Below, piece after piece: positions 46,552-57,000 of a stretch of DNA of 64,000 nucleotides. Positions within the stretch are counted from its first letter, which is position 1. Every line of letters starts with the position of its first letter. A program made the position numbers and the translations under genes. Below the pieces are notes generated by a model. That model ran no database searches. It had not been told where the DNA came from and worked only from the letters and a program-made list of their open reading frames with translations. Where the stretch lies: positions 7,291 through 71,290 of the forward strand of contig JACPPD010000015.1 of assembly GCA_016191145.1 (NCBI GenBank), given 5' to 3'. The DNA comes from Ignavibacteria bacterium. Its GTDB lineage: Bacteria > Bacteroidota > Ignavibacteria > Kapaibacteriales > Kapaibacteriaceae.

Positions 46552-47724
46552 TTAGAATGCCGGGCGCGGCGTACGCTCAAATTCTGCCACTGTTGCAACA
46601 ACTTCTTCTATCTGGTGCAACGCAAGTTCAGGATAAATAGGGAGAGATAAAACAGTGGAACTCAGTGAATCAGCGACTGGGAAGTGAGCCTGAGAAGTTT
46701 TCAGGGCTGCAAAACATTCCTGACGATGGAATGGGACTGGATAGTAAATTTCTGTACCAATACCCTTTTTATGCAGGTGTGTACGTAAAGCATCTCTGCT
46801 GCGCGTTTGTATGGTGTATTGGTTGAAAATATGATAGTCTGCCACAGACCGATCTGTTACCACCGTTGGAATCAACACAGAATTATCAGAATCAAATGTC
46901 CCGGACACATCCGTACTCAATCCGTGCTGGGCAAACAGGTTGTTGTAGGCATCTGCATTTCTCCTGCGCGCCTGGTGCCACGAAGGCAAATGCGGTAGCT
47001 TAACCCGTAGCACAGCGGCTTGAATTGCATCAAGTCTGAAATTGCCCCCTACCAAACTATGGTAGTATCGTGGCTCCATGCCGTGATTCCTCAACCGCAT
47101 CATTTTTTCAGCAAGCAAATCGTCGTTCGTCGTTACAAGCCCTCCGTCACCCATCGCTCCCAGATTTTTTGTCGGATAAAACGAAAAACATCCAATTACG
47201 CCGATGGTTCCAACTCTAGCGCCGTCTGACGTCTGCGTACCAATTGCCTGAGCTGCATCTTCCACAATGGGAATCCCAGTTTCGTTTTGAATTTCCATCA
47301 AAGCATTCATTTCGGCGGCCTGACCAAACAGATGGACTGGGACGATGGCCTTTGTCCTGCTCGTGATAGCGTCTCTAACGGCCTGCGGACTGATGTTGAA
47401 TGATTTGGGGTCGACGTCAACAAACACTGGCAGAGCCCCAAGTCTGGAAACACAGCCAGCGGTAGCAAAGAATGAAAAAGTTGGTACAATTACCTCATCG
47501 CCTGCACCGATTCCCAAAGCCATGAATGCTATCAGCAGAGCATCCGTACCGCTCGATACACCAATTGCGTGCCTGACATTTAGATACTCTGCCAGATCTC
47601 GCTCAAGCTGCTCGACTTCTGGCCCAAGGATGCATGCTTGCGACGCAGCTACACGTAATAGCGCTTCGTTGATAGGTTGCCGCAATTGTTCGTATTGAGC
47701 TTTAAGGTCGAGTAGTGGAACCAT
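46552..47724 (-). CDS. DegT/DnrJ/EryC1/StrS PLP aminotransferase
   Basis: SSGTDAL, EDAAQAIG, FSFYPTKNLGAMGDGG. Confidence 0.95.
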   Translation of the reverse strand: MVPLLDLKAQYEQLRQPINEALLRVAASQACILGPEVEQLERDLAEYLNVRHAIGVSSGTDALLIAFMALGIGAGDEVIVPTFSFFATAGCVSRLGALPVFVDVDPKSFNISPQAVRDAITSRTKAIVPVHLFGQAAEMNALMEIQNETGIPIVEDAAQAIGTQTSDGARVGTIGVIGCFSFYPTKNLGAMGDGGLVTTNDDLLAEKMMRLRNHGMEPRYYHSLVGGNFRLDAIQAAVLRVKLPHLPSWHQARRRNADAYNNLFAQHGLSTDVSGTFDSDNSVLIPTVVTDRSVADYHIFNQYTIQTRSRDALRTHLHKKGIGTEIYYPVPFHRQECFAALKTSQAHFPVADSLSSTVLSLPIYPELALHQIEEVVATVAEFERTPRPAF

Positions 47725-48046
47725 AAATGAAACGTAAAGAGGAAGTGAGTAAGAAAAAGAAAAAGAGAGTATAAGTACAAGAGCTACAGATCGAGAGATC
47801 GAAGATTGTTTTTACTCAGAATGCAAAATTAGCGTGTATACGTTTTTTGATCCTTGTATACCCATGAGATCGTTACTGAATTTGATATCATGGTAGACCA
47901 GCTATGGTTTTCGTTCAGGGAAAATCTCGCATCTTTGCGTCGCATTTTGTATTTGATTTTTCAAAAAACATCAATTTTAGTCGTATGCATCTTCAGCTCT
48001 TTGCCACTCTTGTTCTCTTCCCTTCAACCATACTGAGTAAAAAATT

Positions 48047-49159
48047 ATGATTATCGGTGTCCCCAAGGAAATCAAACCGCTGGAAAAGCGAGTTGGACTC
48101 ACGCCCGGAGGAGCAGAAATGCTGATCCGTAACGGGCACAAAGTTGTCGTCGAGGCTGATGCAGGAATCGGCAGCGGTTTTTCAAACGAGAGGTATACCT
48201 CGATTGGTGCCGAGATAGGTGCCAGCGCAAGTGCAGTATATGCTCAGGCCGATATGATCATCAAGGTCAAGGAACCTATCGCTCCCGAATATCCATTAAT
48301 CAAACGCAACCAAACGTTATTCACATACTTCCACTTTGCAGCATCGCGCGAGCTAACCGATGCCATGTTAAAAAGTGGCGCAACATGTATTGCCTACGAA
48401 ACTGTTCAAAAGAACGATGGTTCGTTGCCCCTTCTCATTCCAATGTCGGAAGTAGCCGGACGTATGGCACCGCAAGAAGGTGCTAAATTTCTTGAGCATC
48501 CTATGGGAGGACGCGGTGTGTTGTTAGGGGGCGTCCCAGGCGTGAGACCTGCCAACGTAATGGTCCTGGGTGGAGGAGTTGTGGGTACAAATGCGGCAAA
48601 GATTGCAGCAGGCTTCGGCGCGCAGGTAACGATCTTCGATAACAATCTATATCGGTTGCGATACCTCGACGATGTGATGCCCAAGAACTGTACAACACAA
48701 ATGTCTACGGCAGCAAACATCCGCGAGGCTATCGTCGACGCTGATCTGGTTATCGGCGCTGTTCTCATCGTAGGCGCTAAAGCTCCACATCTGGTTACGC
48801 GCGATATGCTGTCGACTATGAAGCCGGGATCCGTAATCGTAGACGTCTCCGTCGACCAAGGCGGTTGTGTTGAAACCTGTAAACCAACAACGCACGATAA
48901 TCCGACGTACGTTGTCGATGGTGTTGTCCACTACGGCGTTGCCAACATGCCAGGTGCAGTTCCGTATACATCAACGCTGGCGCTTACCGGCGCTACACTA
49001 CCGTATGCCGTCGAACTGGCAAACAAGGGCTGGAAACCAGCAGTAATGGGAAACCGTGAATTAGCACTTGGCGTAAACGTGGTAGAAGGTAAAATTGTTT
49101 ATCAAGCCGTGGCCGAGGCATTCGGCATGGATTACACTTCTCTGGAGTCAGTGCTGTGA
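48047..49159 (+). CDS. ald: Alanine dehydrogenase
   Basis: MIIGVPKEIK, PMSEVAGR, GGGVVG, VANMPGAVP. Confidence 0.97.
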   Translation: MIIGVPKEIKPLEKRVGLTPGGAEMLIRNGHKVVVEADAGIGSGFSNERYTSIGAEIGASASAVYAQADMIIKVKEPIAPEYPLIKRNQTLFTYFHFAASRELTDAMLKSGATCIAYETVQKNDGSLPLLIPMSEVAGRMAPQEGAKFLEHPMGGRGVLLGGVPGVRPANVMVLGGGVVGTNAAKIAAGFGAQVTIFDNNLYRLRYLDDVMPKNCTTQMSTAANIREAIVDADLVIGAVLIVGAKAPHLVTRDMLSTMKPGSVIVDVSVDQGGCVETCKPTTHDNPTYVVDGVVHYGVANMPGAVPYTSTLALTGATLPYAVELANKGWKPAVMGNRELALGVNVVEGKIVYQAVAEAFGMDYTSLESVL

Positions 49160-50502
49160 AAGCCATCTTTACCGTCGTTGTTCTCTGCATGGCCACGTCC
49201 ATGTCGTTTTCACAGGAAGTTGCGCTTCCGTGGGACAGCGTCGGCAGAGTCTATGTGCTGACGGCCGAAATGGAGTCGCAGTTATTACTTTTTCCTGACG
49301 TTACAAATCTTACCGAAGCTCGTTTGTTCCGTGCTACAGACGGTACGTTGAGCGTTGAGATCACTGCTAAATTTCGTGAAGAAGTCAGACGCGAACGTCG
49401 GGTATTAACGGATAACCAATTCCGTGACTTGCGGCAGAAGTTTAATGAACGAGCTGCCGTCACGATGCCTTCTATAGGATTAGATCAGTCCGGCAGATCA
49501 GCGCTATTGTGGGGAAGTACCCTTTGGTCGCTATTTTATTATGCACCCATGATCATGGTTGCGATCAATCCTGAAAAAGGAAATGTTGCGGCTGCATTGC
49601 CATACATTATTGCACCAGTTCTTGGATATTTCATCCCTGCTATACTCACTTCCAAAGCTAACGTAACAGACGGCGCCTCATCGCTTGCTCTCGGTGGTAT
49701 GTTTCAGGGTGCTATCCATGGATGGGCATTGGCAGCGTTGATTCAGGGCGACGATCTTGATATGAGTATGGGTGCAGGGTTTTCAGTCGTGACGGGAATC
49801 ACAGAATCAGTGGTAGGATTCTCCGTGGCTAGTTCGTCGGCGATGACTGAGGGACACGCCAGCATGATTAACACCACTGCATTTTACGGAGCATTGTCTG
49901 GGCTTTATACAGGTTTACTGATCGGATCTGATGATAATGATGTAGATATCAGTGCACGTGCTGCCGGAGGAGCCGGACTGGCTGGAGCTGCCGCAGGAGT
50001 AATCATCGGAAATTCTTTAGGGTCATCCAGAACTTATACAGGGGCAGACGCAGGTATTTATGCTATCGACGGTTTCCTTGGAGCCACGTTGCCATTGGCA
50101 ATTCTGGCTGCGGTAAAGCCAGATCATATCGATCCGCGTGTTTTATTTGGTACAGCTATCGCGACGACTGCTTTGGGGTTGTACGTTGGAACACAGTTGG
50201 TTAGGGGACGTGATTACAATTCTACACTCGGACCTGTATTGTCCACGCTTGGAGGAGCATTGATTGGTTTAGGGACGGGGATACTTATTGGCGATACAGC
50301 GCCGACTTATTTGTGGTGGGTAGGTGCTGCTGGAGGCTTTGCCATTAGCTATTTAACTGCAGATTGGAGACCTGAAGGAGAGAACAGCGATCATTCGTCA
50401 CTGAATTTCCAAATCAATCCCCTCGGCATTGCTGCACTCACTATGCCTGAGCTTTCACGGTTTCCTATGCCTCTGGCTTCTGTCTCTTATAGGTGGCGAT
50501 AA
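49156..50502 (+). CDS. Gly-rich multi-pass membrane protein
   Basis: Signal peptide followed by many glycine-zipper-like helices. Confidence 0.75.
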   Translation: MKAIFTVVVLCMATSMSFSQEVALPWDSVGRVYVLTAEMESQLLLFPDVTNLTEARLFRATDGTLSVEITAKFREEVRRERRVLTDNQFRDLRQKFNERAAVTMPSIGLDQSGRSALLWGSTLWSLFYYAPMIMVAINPEKGNVAAALPYIIAPVLGYFIPAILTSKANVTDGASSLALGGMFQGAIHGWALAALIQGDDLDMSMGAGFSVVTGITESVVGFSVASSSAMTEGHASMINTTAFYGALSGLYTGLLIGSDDNDVDISARAAGGAGLAGAAAGVIIGNSLGSSRTYTGADAGIYAIDGFLGATLPLAILAAVKPDHIDPRVLFGTAIATTALGLYVGTQLVRGRDYNSTLGPVLSTLGGALIGLGTGILIGDTAPTYLWWVGAAGGFAISYLTADWRPEGENSDHSSLNFQINPLGIAALTMPELSRFPMPLASVSYRWR

Positions 50503-50536
50503 TTTTGCGCCCCACTCCCAACGACTCGGATACTTT

Positions 50537-52189
50537 ATGCTCTCTGAAATTATTCAACGTCACAGAACAACTCTTGAAACTGCTGTTGCTGCCAACAGGA
50601 CACGTCAATTTTTTGCCCATTGGCCAGAGCCCCCTAGCGGAAAAATCTATGGAGAGTCTGCCAATGCCGATGGTGAAGCGGCATTTAAGAGGTATTTGAA
50701 CAGTCAGTTCACCGAACTATTACAGCGAGGCAACATCGGTTGGTTAGGAGAGGAAGCATCTCCATACGGGTTCGCTCTCGGAGTAACTTACCCGGAAATA
50801 GCAATTGATAAATTAGTTGACAATGCTACCCATGCCCAGGCTGCGTGGTGCTCGCTCAGCCCTGTGGAACGTGTCTCGGTATTGATCGAAGCCTTGGAAC
50901 GTGCCTCCAAACGTTTCTTTGAGATTGGTTATGCAACGATGCATACTACTGGTCAGGGTTTTGTAATGGCATTCCAGTCTTCAGGTCCACATGGATTCGA
51001 CCGCGCGCTAGAGGCTGCAGCCATGGGGTATACGGCGCAGGCAGACCTTTCGCCAGACGTAATGTGGACGAAGCCGATAGGGAAATTGGACGTCTCTATC
51101 GAGAAGCGGTATCGGATACTGCCCAAGGGCATCAACCTCGTCATTGGATGCAGTACGTTTCCAGTATGGAATTCTGTCCCAGGGATTTTTGCCGGCTTGG
51201 TTACGGGCAATGCTGTAATCGTCAAGCCCCATCCCGGAGCCGTCTTCCCGATCGCAATTGTAGTGGCAGAAATCCAACACACTTTACAAGATCTGGGTTT
51301 GGATCCACACACCGTTCAACTGGCCGTTGATACCATCGAAAGTCCAATTACACTACAGCTTGTACGCCATCCTGCCGTCCGAATAATTGATTACACCGGC
51401 GGTCCTGTATTTGGTGGCATTGTTGAGCAGGAAGCGGCAGGGGGCGGGAAAACTGTTTTCACTGAAATGGCGGGCGTAAATTGCGTTATTGTGGACAGTG
51501 CTAAAGATATTGATAAAGCAATGGAGAATCTTGCATTCTCCCTGTCGCTATACGGCGGTCAGATGTGCACGGCGCCCCAGAACGTTTTTGTTGTGAAAGA
51601 TAACGGTATGTTGGGCGATATTGCTATCAAGCTGCGAGAAAAAATCGACGCGTTGGTTGGGAATGAGAGGTTGGGTCCCGGCACAGTTGGCGCAATACAC
51701 AGTAAAGCAACTTTACAGCGGGTTGAGGAAGCATTTGCTTTGGATCTCGACGTAGTCCGGGCAAGCGCAAAGGTTGCGCATCCAGGTTTTGAAGATGCAC
51801 AATCGGTTTCGCCTCTGGTTTTAAAGGTGCCGTTAGATCGTGAAGATATTTACACCCGCGAATGGTTTGGTCCCATTTCGTTTGTGATAGAAACACCAAC
51901 CTTCGCCGATGCCTTGGAACGCGTTGCACGAATAGTGAGAGAAAATGGGTCGCTTACAACGCTGGTATACACAACAGATGAAGAAAAAATGAAGGCTGCT
52001 GAGGATGCTATTGTTGCAGCAGGATCGCCAATCGCTTTTAACTTCGACAGCTTTGTATGGGTAAATCAAAGCGCTGCCTTTTCAGATTTTCACGGAACCG
52101 GAGCAAACCCTGCGGGTAGTGCAACGTTTGCGGATTTATCTTATGTTGTAAATAGATTTAATGTGATAGGGGTTAGGAAGCAGGGATAG
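50537..52189 (+). CDS. paaN: Phenylacetate degradation aldehyde dehydrogenase-like protein PaaN
   Basis: MHTTGQGFVMAFQ, IGCSTFPVWN, SLYGGQMCTAPQN, NQSAAFSDFHGTGANPA. Confidence 0.9.
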   Translation: MLSEIIQRHRTTLETAVAANRTRQFFAHWPEPPSGKIYGESANADGEAAFKRYLNSQFTELLQRGNIGWLGEEASPYGFALGVTYPEIAIDKLVDNATHAQAAWCSLSPVERVSVLIEALERASKRFFEIGYATMHTTGQGFVMAFQSSGPHGFDRALEAAAMGYTAQADLSPDVMWTKPIGKLDVSIEKRYRILPKGINLVIGCSTFPVWNSVPGIFAGLVTGNAVIVKPHPGAVFPIAIVVAEIQHTLQDLGLDPHTVQLAVDTIESPITLQLVRHPAVRIIDYTGGPVFGGIVEQEAAGGGKTVFTEMAGVNCVIVDSAKDIDKAMENLAFSLSLYGGQMCTAPQNVFVVKDNGMLGDIAIKLREKIDALVGNERLGPGTVGAIHSKATLQRVEEAFALDLDVVRASAKVAHPGFEDAQSVSPLVLKVPLDREDIYTREWFGPISFVIETPTFADALERVARIVRENGSLTTLVYTTDEEKMKAAEDAIVAAGSPIAFNFDSFVWVNQSAAFSDFHGTGANPAGSATFADLSYVVNRFNVIGVRKQG

Positions 52190-52221
52190 GCAACGCGCCA
52201 GGTGCCAGGTGCCAAGTATAA

Positions 52222-53352
52222 TTAAAGGGCTTCAGCGAGATCAGTTATAAGATCGTCGATGTCTTCTATACCAACGCTGAGGCGGATTAGGCCGTCGGTG
52301 ATCCCAAGGCGAAGTCGTTGTTCCAGTGGCACGCTGCCATGCGTCATGGTCACGGGGTGGCATACAAGTGATTCAGCACCGCCCAACGATTCAGCCAGAC
52401 AGAATATCTTCAGTTTTTTCGTAACCTCGACGGCGCGTTCCATCGAACCAAGATCGATCGATATCATCCCTCCGAATCCATTCATTTGCTGTTTTGCCAA
52501 TTCATGCTGCGGATGAGAGTGCAGACCAGGATAATAAACTTTAATAACACCGGGATGTTGTTCAAGCCATGCTGCAATGCGAAGTGCGTTCTCGGAATGC
52601 CTGTCCATACGAACATGCAGTGTCTTAGCGCTGCGCAAACACAACCAGCATTCAAAGGGTCCGGGGACGGCGCCTGCGGCATTTTGTAAAAATTTCAACT
52701 GATCGGCAATGTGGTGGTGGCGCGTGGCAACAATTCCGTGAACGAGGTCGGAGTGCCCCCCCAGATACTTTGTTGCAGAATGAACAACAACGTCGGCGCC
52801 AAGTTCAAGCGGACGTTGCAGGTATGGAGAGGCAAATGTATTGTCGACAACAGAGAATGCTCCCGCTTTGCGGGCAATCTCTGAGATTGCCCCGATATCG
52901 GAAATCGACATCATCGGGTTTGTAGGAGTTTCGGTGAATATCATTCGCGTATTTGGCAGGACTGACGATTCGACATTGCCTACATCCCTCATATCGATGT
53001 AGGAAAACGTCAGCCCAAAACGTGAAAGCACACGTTCCGCCAATCGGAATGTACCACCATACATGTCTTCTGCCATCAGTACATGATCACCGCTGCTAAG
53101 AAGCCGTAGCGTGGCATCGATGGCGGCCATACCGCTTGCAAAAGCAAACGATGCAACGCCCCCTTCCATCGAAGTAAGACATTGCTCCCATCTCGAACGT
53201 GTTGGGTTTTGAGTACGAGCATATTCCCACCCCTTGTGTTTGCCAATCTCTTCCTGTGCATAGGTGGAGGTTTGGTAAAGGGGCACGGTAACCGCACCAG
53301 TTTGCTCGTCGGGTTCCTGTCCGACGTGGATTGCCTTAGTTGAAAACTTCAA
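52222..53352 (-). CDS. Cystathionine gamma-synthase/lyase family PLP enzyme
   Basis: YARTQNPTR, DNTFASP, HSATKYLGGHSD, AESLGG. Confidence 0.95.
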   Translation of the reverse strand: MKFSTKAIHVGQEPDEQTGAVTVPLYQTSTYAQEEIGKHKGWEYARTQNPTRSRWEQCLTSMEGGVASFAFASGMAAIDATLRLLSSGDHVLMAEDMYGGTFRLAERVLSRFGLTFSYIDMRDVGNVESSVLPNTRMIFTETPTNPMMSISDIGAISEIARKAGAFSVVDNTFASPYLQRPLELGADVVVHSATKYLGGHSDLVHGIVATRHHHIADQLKFLQNAAGAVPGPFECWLCLRSAKTLHVRMDRHSENALRIAAWLEQHPGVIKVYYPGLHSHPQHELAKQQMNGFGGMISIDLGSMERAVEVTKKLKIFCLAESLGGAESLVCHPVTMTHGSVPLEQRLRLGITDGLIRLSVGIEDIDDLITDLAEAL

Positions 53353-53364
53353 CGTCGGTGGTAA

Positions 53365-53886
53365 TTAACGGCTTAAATAAAATTTTTCTGCTCTGCGAGT
53401 ATTGCTTGCCTGAAGAATGCATATATACACTCCCTCAGGCAGATCGGAAATCGATGCTCTGTACTCTTGCTCCCCTTTGGAAGCCGGACCGCGATAAACA
53501 TCAACCATCTTCTTCCCAAGCATGTTATAGATGCCGAGATCCAGGTTGGGCTCATCGGAAGCAAGGTCGACGATTACGGTAAAGACGTCAGCGGTTGCGC
53601 GGACAGAAATAATCCTGCTTTCTCGACGCGTACTATCTTGTGCAAGCCTCGTTTTGGTAGAACGGTTTGATATACCTACCTGTCGGCCGAGTGCGGTCAC
53701 TATTGCTTCCGCGGCACCCACTCCTGGTGTTACGTACTTAAGTGCCGAAGAGCTTCGTTTTGATACGTCCGGAGTCTTTTTTGAATGATCAGCTAATACA
53801 GGTTGGATAGCAACAAATCCCCCTATCGCGCAAACAGCGGATAGCAGAATTATTTTTGAAGCAATGTTGTGTATCAATGTGTTCAT
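53365..53886 (-). CDS. Small secreted protein with T9SS-type C-terminal domain
   Basis: Signal peptide; IYNMLGKK...LPEGVYI. Confidence 0.75.
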   Translation of the reverse strand: MNTLIHNIASKIILLSAVCAIGGFVAIQPVLADHSKKTPDVSKRSSSALKYVTPGVGAAEAIVTALGRQVGISNRSTKTRLAQDSTRRESRIISVRATADVFTVIVDLASDEPNLDLGIYNMLGKKMVDVYRGPASKGEQEYRASISDLPEGVYICILQASNTRRAEKFYLSR

Positions 53887-54068
53887 TTAGACCTACTCGT
53901 CAAAGCAAAACTAGATACATGTACCGACAACTCCAACTGTAGCTACTCTGACCCATTCCTTCATGTTCCGTTATGCAGCCAATATTTGTTCCAAAATCAA
54001 AGAAGCCCACATTTGTGGGCTTCTTTGTGTAAACAATGTTCATCCGGCCGGACCCACTGCAGCTACGG

Positions 54069-57000
54069 TCAATCGTTCACGATTAGCTGCTGTGTTTTGG
54101 AGAAATCAGCACTCTTCAACCTGACGAAGTACAGCCCGTTGCCAAAAAGATTTGTCGGGAATTCGAGTGAATATTCACCCGCTTCCAGGACTGAGTTTAC
54201 CATGGTTGCCACAACCTGACCTTGCGCACTCACTACGTCGATGTAAACGGGTGCGTTAATACCGATACCAAAATCAAATCTTGCCTTGCCGCTTGATGTT
54301 GGATTTGGCCAGATAGGCGACATGGAAAACTTGGTCAGACTCAGGGACACTACTCGTCTGGTGAGCGCACAGTTGATGATCTCAGTCGATGAACCAGATG
54401 TTGTTGGAATCAGGCATGCTTGTTTGAGATCAACGTTTAATTTCTGGTCTGTTTTGAAATTTGGTCCTAAAAGCAGCTTAGCCCGGAAGGTAAATAAAGG
54501 TCCATCGCCAGCAATAGCCGTTGGTCCCGACGCGTTGAACCGCATGATTGAAAACGTGTTATCGACCGAAACAATCACAGCATTGCTAATTGTCCACCCA
54601 CCGGTTAGGGCAGTTGTGCCAACGCTTTTATCGAGATAGCCAAGCGCCAAGGTCTCATAAACCACATCTGCAGTAAAGTCCGTGAGCCTTGCATTAACCC
54701 AGTCCTGACTTTCCCCTGAAACTGTGAACGTCAGGTCATCATCGGCCACTGATATCACTCCGGCGCTGCTATTGGTGAGGCGCATCGTTACGGGAATCAC
54801 GTATCCAACTCCAGTGACGTTCGCGTAAGTGTCGGGGCGAATCTCATTTACCGAGTCACCTTCCTCGTAGTTCATAATCCGGAACTGGGCATTATAAACC
54901 CTGTCCACCCAGGGCGCTGCATTTGGTTCTGTAGGTGTAAACCTAACAGTAACAGTTGCCGAAGCACTGGAAGGTATCGTGAATGGTAAGGTAACAGGTG
55001 TTCCTACAGGTCCGATGATGTTAATCACCTGGAACGCAGATGCATCCGGACCAGTTGGGATGATATTGCTTATCACGAGATCCTTTGAGCCACCGCCAGT
55101 ATTTAAAATCGTGAAGTCAAGTTGTCTGTCATCACAATTTGCACGTAAACGCCCAAAGTCAATGTTCGTGACACTAATATCAGGCCCTGCACATGAACCG
55201 ACGATAAACCGCTCTGTTGCAGACATCGGGGGATAGCTTACGGAATCGATGCCTGTGCCCGGAGTTGCATCATGATCAATCTCAACCGTCAGGGCAGATC
55301 CGCCAATGTACCCCACAGGCCGCGTATACACAATCGGAATTCTCATTACGTTAATGCCGGCAGCAAACGGAACAATGAACGGCGTAGTTGGGGCAGGAGT
55401 ACCAAACTGCCATGCCGGATCGGAACCCGTGGCAAAGGCAAGTCGCGTTATTGTGAGGTCCATCGACCCGTTATTAGTAATTACGAGGTCTCTCGTTGCA
55501 GCAGTGTATTCTGGACTTTCGTTGCAGTTAAGTGACGCTCCCTGGGTTTCTATCAGTGGCACAATTCCCTCGCCTTCGAGGAAGGCTTCGCGAGGATCAA
55601 TGCCCGGAGTTGCCCACACAGGGATGATCTTTTCAGAATACACCTGAACAGCAGCAGGACGGAACTCGACTAATACGTCGACTGACTGTCCGTTGGAAAG
55701 ATCAATTGAAGTTACGGGAGTACCACCGGAGAAAATAGACCCAATCTTAAAGACGAAGGTTGCATCAGTAGATCCGGTTGGGAAGTATTTGGAACCATCG
55801 GCAAACGTCACATCAGTTAAACGCAATACCTGATTGCCAGAGTTGTACACGCGTGCAAACGCCTGGTGGCGTGTGTTCACGCGACGTTTGAGCCAATTGT
55901 AGCCTTCTATTCCGGGGCCAGGTGCTTCCGTCTTGCCTACCCAGGTTGAAATGCTGTCCGGACCATCACCATTGTTACCAAACGTCACATCAATTGAGTC
56001 GCTACCAACGGAGCTCCTTTCGTAGCATATCTTTTCAAGAAAGACTTCACCCTTGGGTGGAATCGTAAACGGAATCCTTGGTATGGTTGGACTCGAAACA
56101 GTGAAGTTCTGTCCTGCATACCCCGTCATGCTGCTAACGATCAATGTGTCCGACCCAGGGTTCTGAATTCTAAGGCCACCAGTCTTACAGCGCTCCTCTC
56201 CAATGCCTACCGTACCCGCATTGAAATCTGCAACCCGAATTCGCGGAATTGCAGCTACTCCTTCTAAACCAATTTTGAATTGGCCACAGGTAGTTTTAAT
56301 AACAAGCGAATCAAGATCAAAATCCTTTGTTACGTCGGATGTCTCTCGTCGTCCATCATAAACAATTTTAAATGTCCACGAAGCTCCAGGCTGCAAGGTT
56401 ACTGCTGGCGGGATCGGGAATTCGGCGATCATAAAATACGTGCCAACTTCAAGTAGGGCTTCTGTTAGCTTAACAGAACCATCCGATATATTCTTGACAG
56501 TTAGGTCAAGCTGCTTGTTTGTCCCTAATCGGATTTTCCCGAATTTGAGCGGGTTGGGCGTGAATAACAGTTTATCTGCGAAATAACGAATTGTATCATA
56601 AGTGAAATTATCTGCCCAGTCCTGAACGAAGAACTCAGCGTACGCATCCTTTGATTTATCGATCACTTCCCATCTGAAGTCGAAGACTTTCCACGACGGA
56701 TCGCGTGGCATGTCCTGACTTGTAATCAGCACTAATCGATAGTTGTAGCTATTGGAGCCTGGCACAGTATCGATAACTGCTACTCCCGTTTCAACCTGAT
56801 CGGTATCGATAGGTTCTGGTACAGGTGGGTCGGGGATGTTACGCAGTTCAGTAGCCCGATACGTGAAGTCTCCACATAGTGAATCAGCCTTTAGTAGTGG
56901 AGGCATCGTATCGAGAACACCTACAGGTCTAAATCCAGATGCAGCCGGCCAACCATACGCATCAAAGTTGCCGAACCCATATATGTATCCTCCGAACTTG